NCBI RefSeq assembly: GCF_963506605.1
Contig: NC_083277.1
Span: forward strand, 6,572,001-6,636,000
DNA length: 64,000 bases
Reading direction: 5' to 3'
Origin: Zootoca vivipara
Taxonomy: Eukaryota
Part shown: one piece after another, positions 49,091 to 62,978 of the stretch
Position numbering within the stretch: the first letter of the stretch is position 1
Layout: each line of letters begins with the position of its first letter
The notes under the pieces: generated by a model
The model's database searches: none
What the model was told of the DNA's origin: nothing
The model's input: only the letters and a program-made list of their open reading frames with translations
Translations under genes and position numbers: made by a program

Positions 49091-52000
49091 ATACACATAC
49101 ATATGTATTGTTGACTATTTGATCTGTCTAAGTTTCCGTATGTTACTATGTTTTATTTGTATTTCTGTGTTTTTTTTGTGTAATATTACTTTTATGTTTA
49201 GTTTTATGAGTGTGTGTATGTGTTGTAAAATAAACTTAACAATAATAATAATAATGAGATAGCTTGCCAGGGCTTGCTAGCTCCATCACCTGCTGCGAGA
49301 GGAAAAGGGGACAAGAAGCTCATGCTTGTGTCTCAGAGGCAAATTGAAACACATCCAAATACACGAGGCATAATAAAAAGTTGTATCGGTGGTCTGAGTG
49401 GATAAATAAAACTTTATTGTTTGAAGCTTTAGCCCCCCACAAGGGAGACACAACGAACATACGAGGTCAAGAGGGGATACAATAAACAATCAAAAGTTTA
49501 TTATTGGATCCACACAGGCGTCAAACCTATGTTAACGATAAAAACCTACTTTCCCCTTCAATTAGTCATGGGTTGGTTTTTTAAAAGACAATTTCTGGTG
49601 GTTTTTTAAACAAATACAAAAACGATTAAGCACCTACCCAGGATCCAAGATTCAAACCTATTACTTTTTAGGTAAACCCTCCACTGAGAATATTGAGCAG
49701 TCGGCACAAGATCTCGATTTGGGTCTGGCGAGATGCTCAGACGCGGCTGTATCCCGGATAGGATTGTAATGTTCCCCCCCCCCCCATTATTCAATCTGAA
49801 ATAATTTCTTCCCTGCATCTGAGATCCGCTATAATGCTTCTATCTATGGAAGCTGCATTGCTTTCACAGCTATCAACGCCCCTTTTCAATATGCCTGCCT
49901 GGTATTTCACTAACCTTGTCTATCTTGTCTTCCTTTCTTTCTCCACATCCTATGGATAACATAACACATCTCCATCCACCTACATTCCTATTCAGGTGTC
50001 ACTAACTAGGGTCTGCTACCGTACCCACCTGGGCTTTTCAAGCTCTGCTTTAACCCTGCAAATGCCAAACTCCCCCTTCTCCCAATCCAACAAACGTTTG
50101 GGTGAGCAGTAGTATTCCTAGCAAGAAGCAGTGCCCGGAAAACACCGGAATGGGGGTGGGGAGAGGTCTGAGCCTGCATGGGCTCCTGTCACTCCCTAGC
50201 CTGCACTGTTTCTGACACTTGATGGCACTGGGCCTGATCCTTATACATACCTTTCTCTTCCCAGCTCCCTCCCATTCCAATACACATAAGCAACAATGCC
50301 CCAGAGAGAACCGGTGTGGTGTAGCGGTTAGAATGTTGGACTAGGAGCCGGGAGACCCGGGTTTGAATCCCCGCTCAGCCACGAAGCACACTGGGTGACC
50401 TTGGGCCAGCCACTGCCTTTCCGCCTGGCCTACCTCACAGGGTTGTTGTGAGGAAAGGATACGGAGGGGCAGAAAGGTGGGGTATAAAGGGCGGTGAGGA
50501 CATCACTCCTACGCACCCCTGTTGCCACTGCCTGGCCAGCTAGGGTAGGTTAATCTGCTTTCATTTCCATCTGAACAGTTCATTTCCACCTGGAAGTCTT
50601 GCGTAGTTGAGTCTTTACATCAGTGGCTCTCAAAACTTTCTTCCCTCTGGGGGGCACATTTTCAGTATGAAAATTTCCTCGCGCCACACCAGGCATTTTA
50701 TTGATAAGAAATGCATTGGGGGGGAAGAAAAGAAACAGCTCCTAGGAGTACTTGGTTTCGGCAAGATTTCTTTCTTTCTGTTTGGTGTGGAACAGATGTC
50801 AAAGAGAAAAACAACTACTACCAGACTTTTAGAAGACATCTGATGGCAGCCCTGTTTAGGGAAGCTTTTAATGTTTAATAGATTACAGTATTGTATTTTA
50901 ATATTCTGTTGGAAGCCGCACAGTGGCTGGGGAAACCCAACCAGATGGGCAGGGTATAAATAATAACTGTATTATTATTATTATTATTATTATTATTACT
51001 ACTATTATTACTAAATTTTGTATTGAATTTTCCAAACATTTTCACAATAATCTGCATCTCAGATGATTACATTGTTTCATAAATTGACTTCCCATTTTCA
51101 CCTCCACTGTGTTTTCACTCAAACCTTTTCTGCTGCTGCATTATATATTTATGTATTGCAGAAAGTTTCTCTATTACAGTTAAGGCTTTGAAAAAAATTC
51201 TATCCCTATTCTGCAAATAACATACGGTAAATCATTTCGACACTGTACTATGCTACACTGAAATGTTAAAATGTTTATTTGATCGTTCTTGTTATCTTGC
51301 CATCCTCCACTGACATCCTATCTTGCCATACCCTTTGAGAACCACCCAATTAAAGTTTTGCGTTGTGCCAACACAATGCCAACCTCATCCAGACAAGGAA
51401 GATCTGGGATACCAAGGCATCATCACGTACAATGATTTGGAGAAGAGGGCACTGGAATCAAAGGGTACTTATGAAATTACTCAGGGTTTGTTTTTGTTTT
51501 TTAGCAGGAACGTGGGGAAACTCTGCTCCCTTTCCTTTTGAAAATTAAATAATTATTATCTTTTGTCTGGGAGTGCTTGAACGGATATACCGTATAACCC
51601 AATACCTGAGCCCAAAATCCACCTATATCTGTAATCAATAAAGTTGTCACCACATCCTTGTCTGCTTGAGTTTATTAATCACATCTTACATTTAGTCACT
51701 GGGGGGTGGCAGCACTGCGACTGGACCCATAATAAACAAACAAACAAATAAAAAAGTCCCCGCCCTCTTTCCCCCAGAAAAAAGCACTGGGTACTGGAAT
51801 CAAAAAGTACTTACCAAATGACTATTGTGGATATATTACAGGTGGAACGGTCTCTGTGTTGCTATTTCAACTAGAAACAAGCAAAAATAAAAACTCTTTT
51901 TTTAAAAAAATACATTAAAGTCCCACATCGAATATAACTGATCTGCAGAAAGGACTTTATGATCTGAAAATAGACGGTGTATGTACTTCTGCAAACCAAG

Positions 52001-52499
52001 AAAATCTTCAATGAAAACAATTAAAATAAAAGAGTGTGTCAAGAAAAAAAGAGAAAGAAACCCTACTGGTTTTGATTTGTGTTTTCCATCAAGTCTGCAA
52101 AGATCCCCTCCTCTTGCAGATACCCTATTATCCAGGGACAGTCCCGGATTTGCAGAAGCCGTCCCAGGTTTCAGATTTGATCCCAGAATGTCCTGCTTTT
52201 CTTTAGAATGTCCCTATTTCCATCGGAGAAATGTTGAAGGTTCTGAGATAGACCAGACAAATGTTGGTGGGTCTGGAATTATGCAACCCCCGAGACAAGG
52301 AGATAAGTAACTATACAACCTTTAAAAGACATCTGAAGGCAGCCCTGTATAGGGAATTCTTAAAAAAAATGTTTTATTATTATATGTTGGAGGCCGCCCA
52401 GAGTGGCTGGGGCAATGCAGTCAGATGGGCGGGGTATAAAAATAAAATAATAATAATAATAGAATAGGATGTCAATCGGATAAATGTTGGAGGGAATGC

Positions 52500-53408
<909 letters not shown>

Positions 53409-56400
53409 ATCTTATTATTTTAATTGTTTTAACTGTTTTAATGGCTATGCTGTTGAACTGGCGAGAATGCAACTGAAAACTAGCCGTCTAACAAAAACAT
53501 CTGTTTTGCAATAAGTCTACCGTAGTCTGCACTTGATCTATACCAGGCCTGTCCTGATGCCAGAGATGACTGACAGCGTACGGACATCTGGCCTAATGAA
53601 AATTTGATACAGATAATGATCTTTGATACAGATAATGATCAAAAAACAATGGGAATGCCTGACCGAGTATCTAAGGAAATCAGGTCTGGGAGCAAAAACA
53701 TGGTTATGTTTGGACTAACTCTGCAGGAAATATATAGAGTGAAAATAATATGAATGCTGTGTGGAAAGCGGTGGAAGTGCGCTATGCATTAAAATATTAA
53801 TGTAAAGTATCAAAAAACAAGATATATTGTTTGTATGTTTTTTGTATTGTTTTTGCTTACTAGCTTTTATATATAATTTATATCTACTTATTTGTTTTCT
53901 GTTTTTTATTGTATTTTATGCGATTTACTAATAAAGTTTTTTAAGATCTAAATTTTTTTTGATACAGATAATGATTTATTGAACACTTACAGATAAATTG
54001 TAAACAGGGGGAAAAAAACATTAGCAGGATGATTGTAATGTTTTTATCTTTACAATAATCCTGCTAATGTTTTTTATCTGCAGGATAAATAGAGCATGTA
54101 TTTACAGTTGATAATTAAATGAGCAAGTTAAATTAATTTGCATCTGCAGAAGATATGAAAAAATAAATTTAAGGAACTGCAGAAAGAGGGGGAAGGAAGT
54201 CTAATTTTGAAATGTTAAACGGATTGTAAAATGAATGAAATGTATGAATTTGAAAAGTATAATTATAGTATTGTACAGTTGGAAGGGATTCTGTTGAGGA
54301 TCATCTAGTGCTCGAACCCTCTGCAATGTAGTAAAAAGGCAGCTGTCCCATCCTTTTTACATTTGCTCTCAGCCCTCCTTTGCCCTCCTCCTGCTATGTC
54401 AATTTACATATATTTCAAAGGGTCTGCCCTAAGTAGGATTTAGTTGGATGTAGCCTGCTATTATGACCAAAGTAGAATCATAGAATCATAGAGTTGGAAG
54501 AGACCACAAGGGCCATCCAGTCCAACCCCCTGCCAAGCAGGAAACACCATCAAAGCATTCCTGACAGATGGCTGTCAAGCCTATGCTTAAAGACCTCCAA
54601 AGAAGGAGACTCCACCACACTTCTTGGCAGCAAATTCCACTGTCGAACAGCTCTTACTGTCAGGAAGATCTTCCTAATGCTTAGGTGGAATCTTCTTTCT
54701 TGTAGTTTGAATCCATTGCTCCGTGTCCGCTTCTCTGGAGCAGCAGAAAACAACCTTTCACCCTCCTCTATATGACATCCTTTTCTATATTTGAACATGA
54801 ACCTTCTCTTCTCCAGGCTAAACATACCCAGCTCCCTAAGCCGTTCCTCATAAGGCATCATTTCCAGGCCTTTGACCATTTTCGTTGCCCTCTTCTTTAC
54901 ACGTTCCAGCTTGTCAGTATCCTTCTTGAACTGTGGTGCCCAGAACTGGACACAGTACTCCAGGTGAGGTCTGACCAGAGCAGAAGACAGTGGTACTATT
55001 ACTTCCCTTGATCTAGACACTATACTCCTATTGATGCAGCCCAGAATTGCATTGGCTTTTTTAGCTGCTGCATCACACTGTTGACTCATGTCAAGTTGGT
55101 GGTCTACCAGGACTCCTAGATCCTTTTCACATGTACTGCTCTCAAGCCACGTGTCACCCATCCTGTATTTGTGCCTTTCATTTTTTTTGCCCAAATGTAG
55201 TACTTTTTTTTTGCCCAAATGTAGTACTATTCATCTTTTTTGCTTTGGCCCAGTTGTCTCTGTTAAGGTCATTCTGAAGTGTGATCCTGTCCTCTGGGGT
55301 ATTAGCCACCCAAAGTAGCTTACCCAAAAAGATCTGCACAAACCAGTTTATCTGAGTGCATTATTCTCAGGGTGGGGGGACTCATTTATTTATCATTGCT
55401 TAATCATATGGGACGCGGGTGGCACTGTGGGTTAAACCACAGAGCCTAGGACTTGCCGATCAGAAGGTCGGCCATTCGAATCCCCGCGACGGGGTGAGCT
55501 CCCATTGTTCGGTCCCAGCTCCTGCCAACCTAGCACATCAAAGTGCAAGTAGATAAATAGGTACCACTACAGCAGGAAGGTAAACAGCGTTTCCGTGTGC
55601 TGCGCTGCTTTGCCAGAAGCGGCTTCATCATGCTGGCCACACGACCTGGAAGCTGTATGCCGGCTCCCTCGGCCAATAACGCGAGATGAGCACCACAACC
55701 CCAGAGTCGGCCACGACTGGACTTAACAGTCAGGGGTCCCTTTACCTTTACCTATAAAACCATAACAAATTGACCCTTGTAGTAAAAAGCCATTTATCCA
55801 ATGTGTTGAAGCAAAAATGTCTCCAGAAAGTGCCGAGAGTGGGTGCCTTTCACATCTCGACAGGAACGATATTCCAGAGAAGAGGGCAGCCACTCTCAAG
55901 ACCCTGCTCAGAGTCACTGTGCAAAAGGGCTTCTGAGATCTTGGGGATGTGCAGGAGAGACACTCGACATACTGCAGGGATCTAGTGGTGGATAAGGCAT
56001 AAGCCGCTCTCTCAAGTAACCTGGTCTTGGGGTATATGGGACCTTGAACTTGGCCCAGGAGCTGACTGACAGCCTGTGGGAATCTCGCTAGCAGGGTGCT
56101 CAGCAGAGACCGAGCAACGGGAGCTCACCCCGTTGTGGGGATTCGAACTGCCGACCTTCTGATCGGCAAGCCCTAGGCTCTGTGATTTAACCCACAGCGC
56201 CACCCGTGTGAAACAGACTCCTGGAACGGATTAAATAAAGAACCGAGGTACGACTGTAGAAAAAATAATTAAAAACAAGAAAATCATAGGAAGAATCTAT
56301 GAAAATAACTAAAGCTATAAAACTCAGGAATCATAAAGCAAGCATACAAATAGCACAATAAAAATGTTCAGCGTGAATTCTGATCATCTCTGCTTCCGGG

Positions 56401-56884
56401 TCATGTGGCCAGCATTACTAAGCCACTTCTGGCGAACCAGAGCAGCACACAGAAACGCTGTTTACCTTCCCACTGGAGCAGTACCTATTTATCTACTTGC
56501 ACTTTAACATGCTTTCAAACTGCTAGGTGGGCAGGTTTTATATAAATGTGCAATTAAGGAGTTTTCTTCGTGGAATCAAGTCCTGTCCATTTAGGGCAGC
56601 AGCAGATGTTCTCCAATTCAAAAAGGCCAAGGAAGCCTATGAATGAAAATGTGTTACAGTATGAACACCACAACTTACGGTACTAGGAAGGTGTGTGTTT
56701 GTGTGTAATCAAAAGCATGGGAAGCAATCCAGAAGCATTCACTGCTACTTGAGAAAACATTCAGCAAATGCAAACACCTGGGGACATATTTCTTTTAAAA
56801 AAGACCACGTGGTCACTGAGTTTATGAGTCATTTCGTGGAAGGGGAAACTCCCAGTAGCTGAAAATTGAGAAAACGCGGGAGTC

Positions 56885-57352
56885 ATGGCTGCTGCTGGGG
56901 GTCGCATCCAGCGTCTCCATGATGAAGCCACGTGCTCCATCTGCCTGGATTACTTCAAGGATCCAGTCATCATCCCAGAGTGTGGGCACAACTTCTGCCA
57001 GTCCTGCCTGATCCAGTACTGGGAGGAATCGGAGGCAGAGGCTTCCTGCCCTCAATGCAGACAAAGAGTCCAGAGAAGGGGTCTCATCCCCAATCGGCAA
57101 CTGGCTAACATGGTAGAAATAGCTCAGAATCTCAGTCTTCAAAAGGGGAGAGAAGGAGGAGGAGGCAAAGGGAGAATGTGCGAAGAGGGAAAGGGAGAAG
57201 GAGGGAAAGGAGGAGTCTGCGAGAAACACCGGGAGCCCCTGAAACTCTTTTGCAAAGTCCACGAAGCCCCCATCTGTGTGGTTTGTGACAAATCAAAGGA
57301 ACATGCAAATCACAAGGTGATTCCTCTGGAGGAGGCTTTCGAGGAATACAAG
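56885..57352 (+). CDS. TRIM E3 ligase (TRIM27/39-like), exon 1: RING + B-box2
   Basis: EATCSICLDYFKDPVIIPECGHNFCQSC...CPQCR RING; CEKHREPLKLFC...ICVVC..SKEHANH B-box; donor AAG|GTAAG. Confidence 0.93.
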
Positions 57353-58969
57353 GTAAGGAGATCCATGGATCTTGAGGAGGGAGAAATAGCTGTGGATTCT
57401 TCCTGAGAGGTTTTATTTTAAATTCTCAGGTCCAAAGTAGGCATGGCATTAATTGGTGGTTCTTTATTACATTAGAAATCTTTCTCTCTGCCAGGGGGAC
57501 AAGGGGATCTTGAAATACAGCAGCTTCAAAGATTTGAATTTGGACCTTGGCAGGGAGAGAAAGGGTTAACCCCACTTTCCCCAGCCAGGCTGCTTTGTAC
57601 GCATTTAGAACTCTGCAAATGTAAATTGCACATACTGTACACAACTAAGTACATGTCTCCTTTGGCTACCAGGATGCCTCCTTAATGCCCTGCAAATGAG
57701 GGATCAGCTGTGGGGGGGAGGGGACTGTTAGCCAGGAATTGACCAGAAGGTGTAGGATCCCCCCCCAAAGTATCTGGTGGAAGCAGATTTGGGAGTGGGG
57801 GTGGAAGCACCTACTGGTGGGGAGCACACTTATTCTGGGGTGTGTGTGTGCTGTGGGGCCTGTGCAATGAGGTTTCAGTGGGGAGGGGGGACTGAGGATC
57901 TCCTTCCAACCCAAATGGCAAAGGACTCAGTGGCTCAGGGTAGCATCTGCAAAGACTAGGGGAAAGATGATTTCCCTTAACAACACAGAATTGGACATGT
58001 ACTATTATATATACTGTATATACCGGTATATATGGGCGCAGGTGGCACTGTGGGTTAAACCACTGAGCCTAGGGCTTGCCAATCAGAAGGTTGGCAGTTC
58101 GAATCCCTGCGAAGGGGTGAGTTCCTGTTGCTCAGTCCCAGCTCCTGCCCACCTAGCAGTTCGAAAGCACATCAAAGTGCAAGTAGATAAATAGGTACCG
58201 CTACAGCGGGAAGGTAAACGGCATTTCCATGTGCTTCTCTGGTTCGCCAGAAGTGGCTTTGTCATGCTGGCCACATGACCTGGAAGCTGTACGCGGGCTC
58301 CCTCGGCCAATAATGCAAGATGAACGCGCAACCCCAGAGTCGGTCACGACTGGACCTAATGGTCAGGGGTCCCTTTACCTTGGAGAAGACAAAGGAGCAA
58401 GCCTTTGCTCGTCTCCAGACTAGTTAGTTGGACTAGAAAACTTTTTCATCACAGTTCCGCAGTGGTTTTCAACCAGTGTGCTGTGAATGGTGCCTCCGGG
58501 GCTGGCCAGGGGGTGTTGGCTGCCAGGAACTGAGGCAGCCTCGAAGTAAGCAAGCAAACTGGTGAGGGACTCTTGCTGTTGGGGATGGACAGACAAGCCC
58601 CAGGCCCCTGTGGGGCAGCGGGGGGGGGGGAGGAACCTCTCTTTGGGGCAGCTCAGAGACCAAGAGGAGGACTCCTAAGGAGAGGGGGGAGGAGAGGAGG
58701 CTGAGAGAGCACTCCGCAAGGGAGGGTGTTTGAGAAAGGGTGAGGGGCTGCCAGCTCTGCAAGTGACCTAACTGGGACCCTGAGCCCCACAGGGGTGCCG
58801 CAGAAACAGGGAGCTGTGGACCCTAAAAGGTTGAAAACCGCTGTACTTTTATTTCCTACAGTAAAATTACTTTGCTATTATAGCAAGGCCACTGGACCCA
58901 AGAAGCCAGTATAATATTCATCTCCACTCTCTGTGTCTGTCAAACCTGAGTTTTCCCTTTTCTCTTTAG

Positions 58970-59065
58970 GGAGAGATCCGTCGCCGCCTGGAGATTCTGA
59001 GGAAAGAGAGAGAGGAAATTATGGCCTTTCAAGCAGATCTGGACAAGGAAAGCAAAGACCTCCTT
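58970..59065 (+). CDS. TRIM exon 2 (coiled coil)
   Basis: 96 bp, AG/GT, GEIRRRLEILRKEREEIMAFQADLDKESKDLL; size typical of this TRIM class. Confidence 0.88.
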
Positions 59066-59930
59066 GTAAGGGTCTCTATTGGTACTAGACAGGGAACAAA
59101 CACTTGAGACCTCCTGGTATAGGGCAGTATATAATTTCAATAAATAATTATAAGAAGAAGAAGAATCGAGTCAGGACTGAGGAGGGATGGGAAAATCTGC
59201 CCATTTCAGCTTCTCCCCATTTCTCCTTTTTCCATATCATTCTGTTTATCAATTTATTATTATGAAAATGAATCACATGTTAGGGTAGCTACCTCCTTGT
59301 ATAAATATTTTGATCTGTACTGTACCCTCATATAAATACATTTTTGTGTGAATATTACCTGGCTGGGTCAAACTTGAAAATACCAGAGGTGTGAATTTCA
59401 AAGCTGTATTTTGGTCTCCATATTTTTTCAGCAATAGTGAATTAGGTAAGTTCACCTTTGAATGCAGCTAAATTGAGTTTCTTTCCCATTGTCGTATATT
59501 ATGTAAATAGCAGTCAAGGAGAAGCCTGAGGACTTGTGAGCTGAAAAGGTGGAAGCAATTCAATCCAAATCCGGATTTACCAGAAAAATTACTAAAGAAT
59601 TGTCTTTCTAAATGTGCACTCTTGTTCATTTTTAGGAAACTCTGGCCATTTTGAACCTTTAAATAAAATAGGGGAGCTATGGGGATGAACCCTGCACTTT
59701 GTCCTCCTCCTCTTCCCCTGTTTCTGTTGCCTTCCTACACCTAAATGGCCCCAGTCTAAACTGAGGGGTCTTTTATGTTCCTGGATGTTCTCTGAACAAC
59801 TTAGAACTCAGGTTATGCCATGCTCCAAAACATGCAGGAAACTCCCGTTTCTAGAAAAAAAAAAGCTCCTTCCACACTCAGACCTCCTCTTTTCTTGCAG
59901 GTAGGTAGCCGTGTTGGTCTTTTCTTGCAG

Positions 59931-60161
59931 AAACTAACAGAAATTGAGAGGCTGAAGGCTGTGGAGAAGTTCAGACAACCGCGCCAGTTCCTGGAAGAAC
60001 AAGAAAAACATCTGCTGACTCATGTGGAAGAGGTGGAGAAGGAGATTGCAGGGAGAAGGGATGAGCAGCTGGCTAAACTCTCCAGGAATCTCTCCTCTCT
60101 TGAAAGGATCATCCAGGAGATGGAGGAAAAGGGTCAGCAGCCAGCGAGTGAACTCCTGCAG
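59931..60161 (+). CDS. TRIM exon 3 (coiled coil); alternative in-frame acceptor at 59901
   Basis: 231 bp, KLTEIERLKAVEKF...EMEEKGQQPASELLQ, donor CAG|GTAAG. Confidence 0.9.
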
Positions 60162-61133
60162 GTAAGACGGTGGCAGGAACAGCACAAGGCTCCAGGAAAA
60201 GGCTGCCTCCAATCCTTTCTGTGCCCCTTTCATGTATGCAAGGAGTGCAGGGGCTCAGTTGATAGAGCCTCTAGTAAGGTTTGTAATGGACAGGAAGACC
60301 CAAGAGACCTAGGATGCTTAACTCATCTGAATGCAGACGAGAGATTCTTCTGTGTCCTTGATGGAACGGGAGGTGATTTTCTGCTCTTTGCTGATGATTT
60401 GTCTCTGAATGCCTTCCCACTGGGCAATGCTGCCTTCCTGCCCTCTGCTGGGCTTCGCCAAAGATGCATTCTGGTCTCCTTCCAACATGAGCCAGTCTCT
60501 TGACCAAGCTTCTCTTCCCGTTCCCTCCACGACTTCTGGGTTGATCCCCTTCCCCGTGGACACAGATCAGCCCAAAATGGTGCTCAGTCATAGTGACCAA
60601 AGAGCAAGACAGAGGGACTCATCCAGACTGATATTTGCTTTGATGTTGCAATAAGGAGCAAGTTTTTCCTGAGGGAAAGTGGCAGGACAAAGGCAAAACC
60701 ACTTGGACCCGTGTTTTCTGGGCAATGGAAAAGCAGAAGTGTGGTTGAGCGCAAAGAAACACTGAGCTGTTTTATTACCCCTTTGGAGGCATTTTATGCT
60801 GCATGTCCTTTTTTTCATTTCCAGTTGGAAAGTAGAATTTAAAATTTGGGGACTTCTGTGGAAGACAATTTGGGACAGTGCCCTGGCAGGATTATGCTGT
60901 AGGCTTACTTACATCTCAATTGCACAATGCAAACGGGGGTAAAGTTAATAAATTATAATATAAGAGATGGGGTGGAATCTTTTCTTGAACCCACAAACAT
61001 GAAGTTTCCCTAAAATGCTGGTGGATTTTCATAAGGATTTTTTTTTTAAAAAAATTGCAAACAGATGTGGAAATGTGGAGAACTTGATACAGTATTGGAA
61101 AAGTTAATAATTCCCTTCTCTTTTCTCCTCTAG

Positions 61134-61156
61134 GATGTGAGAAGCACCTTGCAGAG
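61134..61156 (+). CDS. TRIM exon 4
   Basis: 23-bp exon DVRSTLQ(R) with polypyrimidine acceptor and GTAAGT donor. Confidence 0.85.
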
Positions 61157-62054
61157 GTAAGTGGATTTGGCTCATTTCCATTAGCATCCCTCCATGAGGC
61201 CAGAATGCAAGAACCTCAAACATGGCCCTCAAACAGGGGCGAGACTGTAGGATAGGACCCCCTCTTTGGAACTTGTAGCACCCCAATTCCCCCCAATGAA
61301 TTGGCGCTATTTCCTTTGTGAGGTTTGGGTTTACTTTTGTAATGTGTATGATTTGTTTTGTATTGGCCTGAATGAACCATTAGATTTGGATGTGCACCTG
61401 TGGAAGATCTGTCTCAACTTCTGCAAACATCTGATTCTGGAGCAGAGGTTATCTAATGTATTAAAGCAAGAGATCCCCAAGCTCCAGAAACCAATATTTT
61501 GAGTTTACTCAAGTGTCGCTAAGAGAAGGCTGTTTTACTGGCACACAACAAGCCAAAGCTGCTTTCCTAGGAAAAATTATTGCCTGAGTTGTTTCCTTCT
61601 AGACTGACCAGTTCAGTCACTCTTACAGCAAACACTCTGCTGGCCACCTCACCCTGTCCCAAGGAAACACCTGCCCCATAGAGCCCCTTGGGAGGGGGCA
61701 ATTTCTCACGAAGGAGCGGGAATTGGCTATTTTCCTGACCATATTCTGGCTGCAGTATTTAAATTTAAGGTGTCACTCAGGTTCAGAGTACAGGTTTTAA
61801 GGAACATTTCACATGCCATATGATTCTGCTTCTTCTTTGAATTGACATCAGTGGGGATACTCAGAGGCCTGGGGTTGCTGTTTTGGCCCCTGGGGGTCTG
61901 GCTGAGGAGTCCGTAGTGAGGAAAAAACTCCCCACTCAGTGCCTGCCTGTCCCTCTAGGCTTTCCACGGCCGGCTTCCTCCTCTCAATTCCTTTCTTTAC
62001 CTTAGCCAGAAATTGTGGATTTGAATGGGCTGACATTGTTTTTCTTTTCAGCAG

Positions 62055-62170
62055 GTATGAGAAAAGAGCGAGTCCAGAGAAGCCAGTGGCTTTTCCTGCA
62101 GAACTGAGGAACCAGTTGGAATCCTGCGTTCTAAATCACCTTGTGGAGGATGCAATGAAACAATGGAAAG
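62055..62170 (+). CDS. TRIM exon 5 (PRY-SPRY exon expected beyond the window)
   Basis: 116 bp, YEKRASPEKPVAFPAELRNQL...AMKQWK, CAGCAG acceptor, GTAATG donor. Confidence 0.82.
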
Positions 62171-62562
62171 GTAATGAAAAATGGTTGCCAGGATTTCACA
62201 CTGGGAATTCTATTATTCCTTCAGAACTGAACACGCCTGGCTTTTATTGTGTGGAACTGAGTAACCCCAGGATACCTTCCTTCTTGGTGCTCCAGCCTTC
62301 ATTTCCTGTCCCCCAGAATGGCCCATGTATATTGTGATGCTGAAGCTTGTAAAGAAAGCCTGAACCAGAGTGTAGAGCAAAGTCGGGATTTTTTCCTCCC
62401 CTGTGCATCTGTTTACAATTCTACGGAACCTCCTTTTCCTTTCGGTTCCCCATCTACACAATCTGGGTTTGTCCTTTTGGAGGTTCTCCTGCTCTGAATG
62501 GAGTCAAAGGGCATTAAGAAGCCCCCAGTTCCCCCTCTGCCTCCAGCTCAGGCTTGTTTCTC

Positions 62563-62978
62563 GTTAGTAAGTGCACCAATAAAGAATAGACCAAGAACTC
62601 AGGCTAAGTCTTTAAGTTGTAGTCAGAGTTGTAAATCTAAATTGTAGTCAAAAATCAGTCATAAGTCAGAAGCCAGCATAATTCAGAAGCATATACGTGT
62701 CCTATTATTTTCTGCGCAGAGAATCTCAGGATACACGTTGATCTTTTCAAACTTAGTTGCTAACTCTGAGAAATGCAGGAAATAATAGGACACATGTATA
62801 TGATCTCTTTAAACCTGGCTGATGAAGGTGGAGACACCGAAACAGTGCCCTGTCCTGGCTTCTGATTTATGCTGGCTTCTGACTTCTGACTGATTTTTGA
62901 CTACAATTTAAAGACTTACAACTCTGACTACAACTTAAAGACTTAGCCTGAATTCTTGGTCTATTCTTTATTGGTGCA
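62563..62978. mobile_element. Non-autonomous fold-back element carrying a hammerhead motif (probably from a second Penelope-like family)
   Basis: ~120-bp inverted arms 62572-62690 / 62858-62978, inner arms 62691-62715 / 62775-62801, flanking duplication (ca)ggcttgtttctc. Confidence 0.8.
62812..62861 (+). ncRNA. Type I hammerhead ribozyme motif
   Basis: cctgg-CTGATGA-a-ggtg.gaga.cacc-GAAA-cag.tgcc.ctg-TC-ctgg: both core boxes, stem II with GNRA loop, stem III, GUC site; stem I weak (two G-U). Confidence 0.75.
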
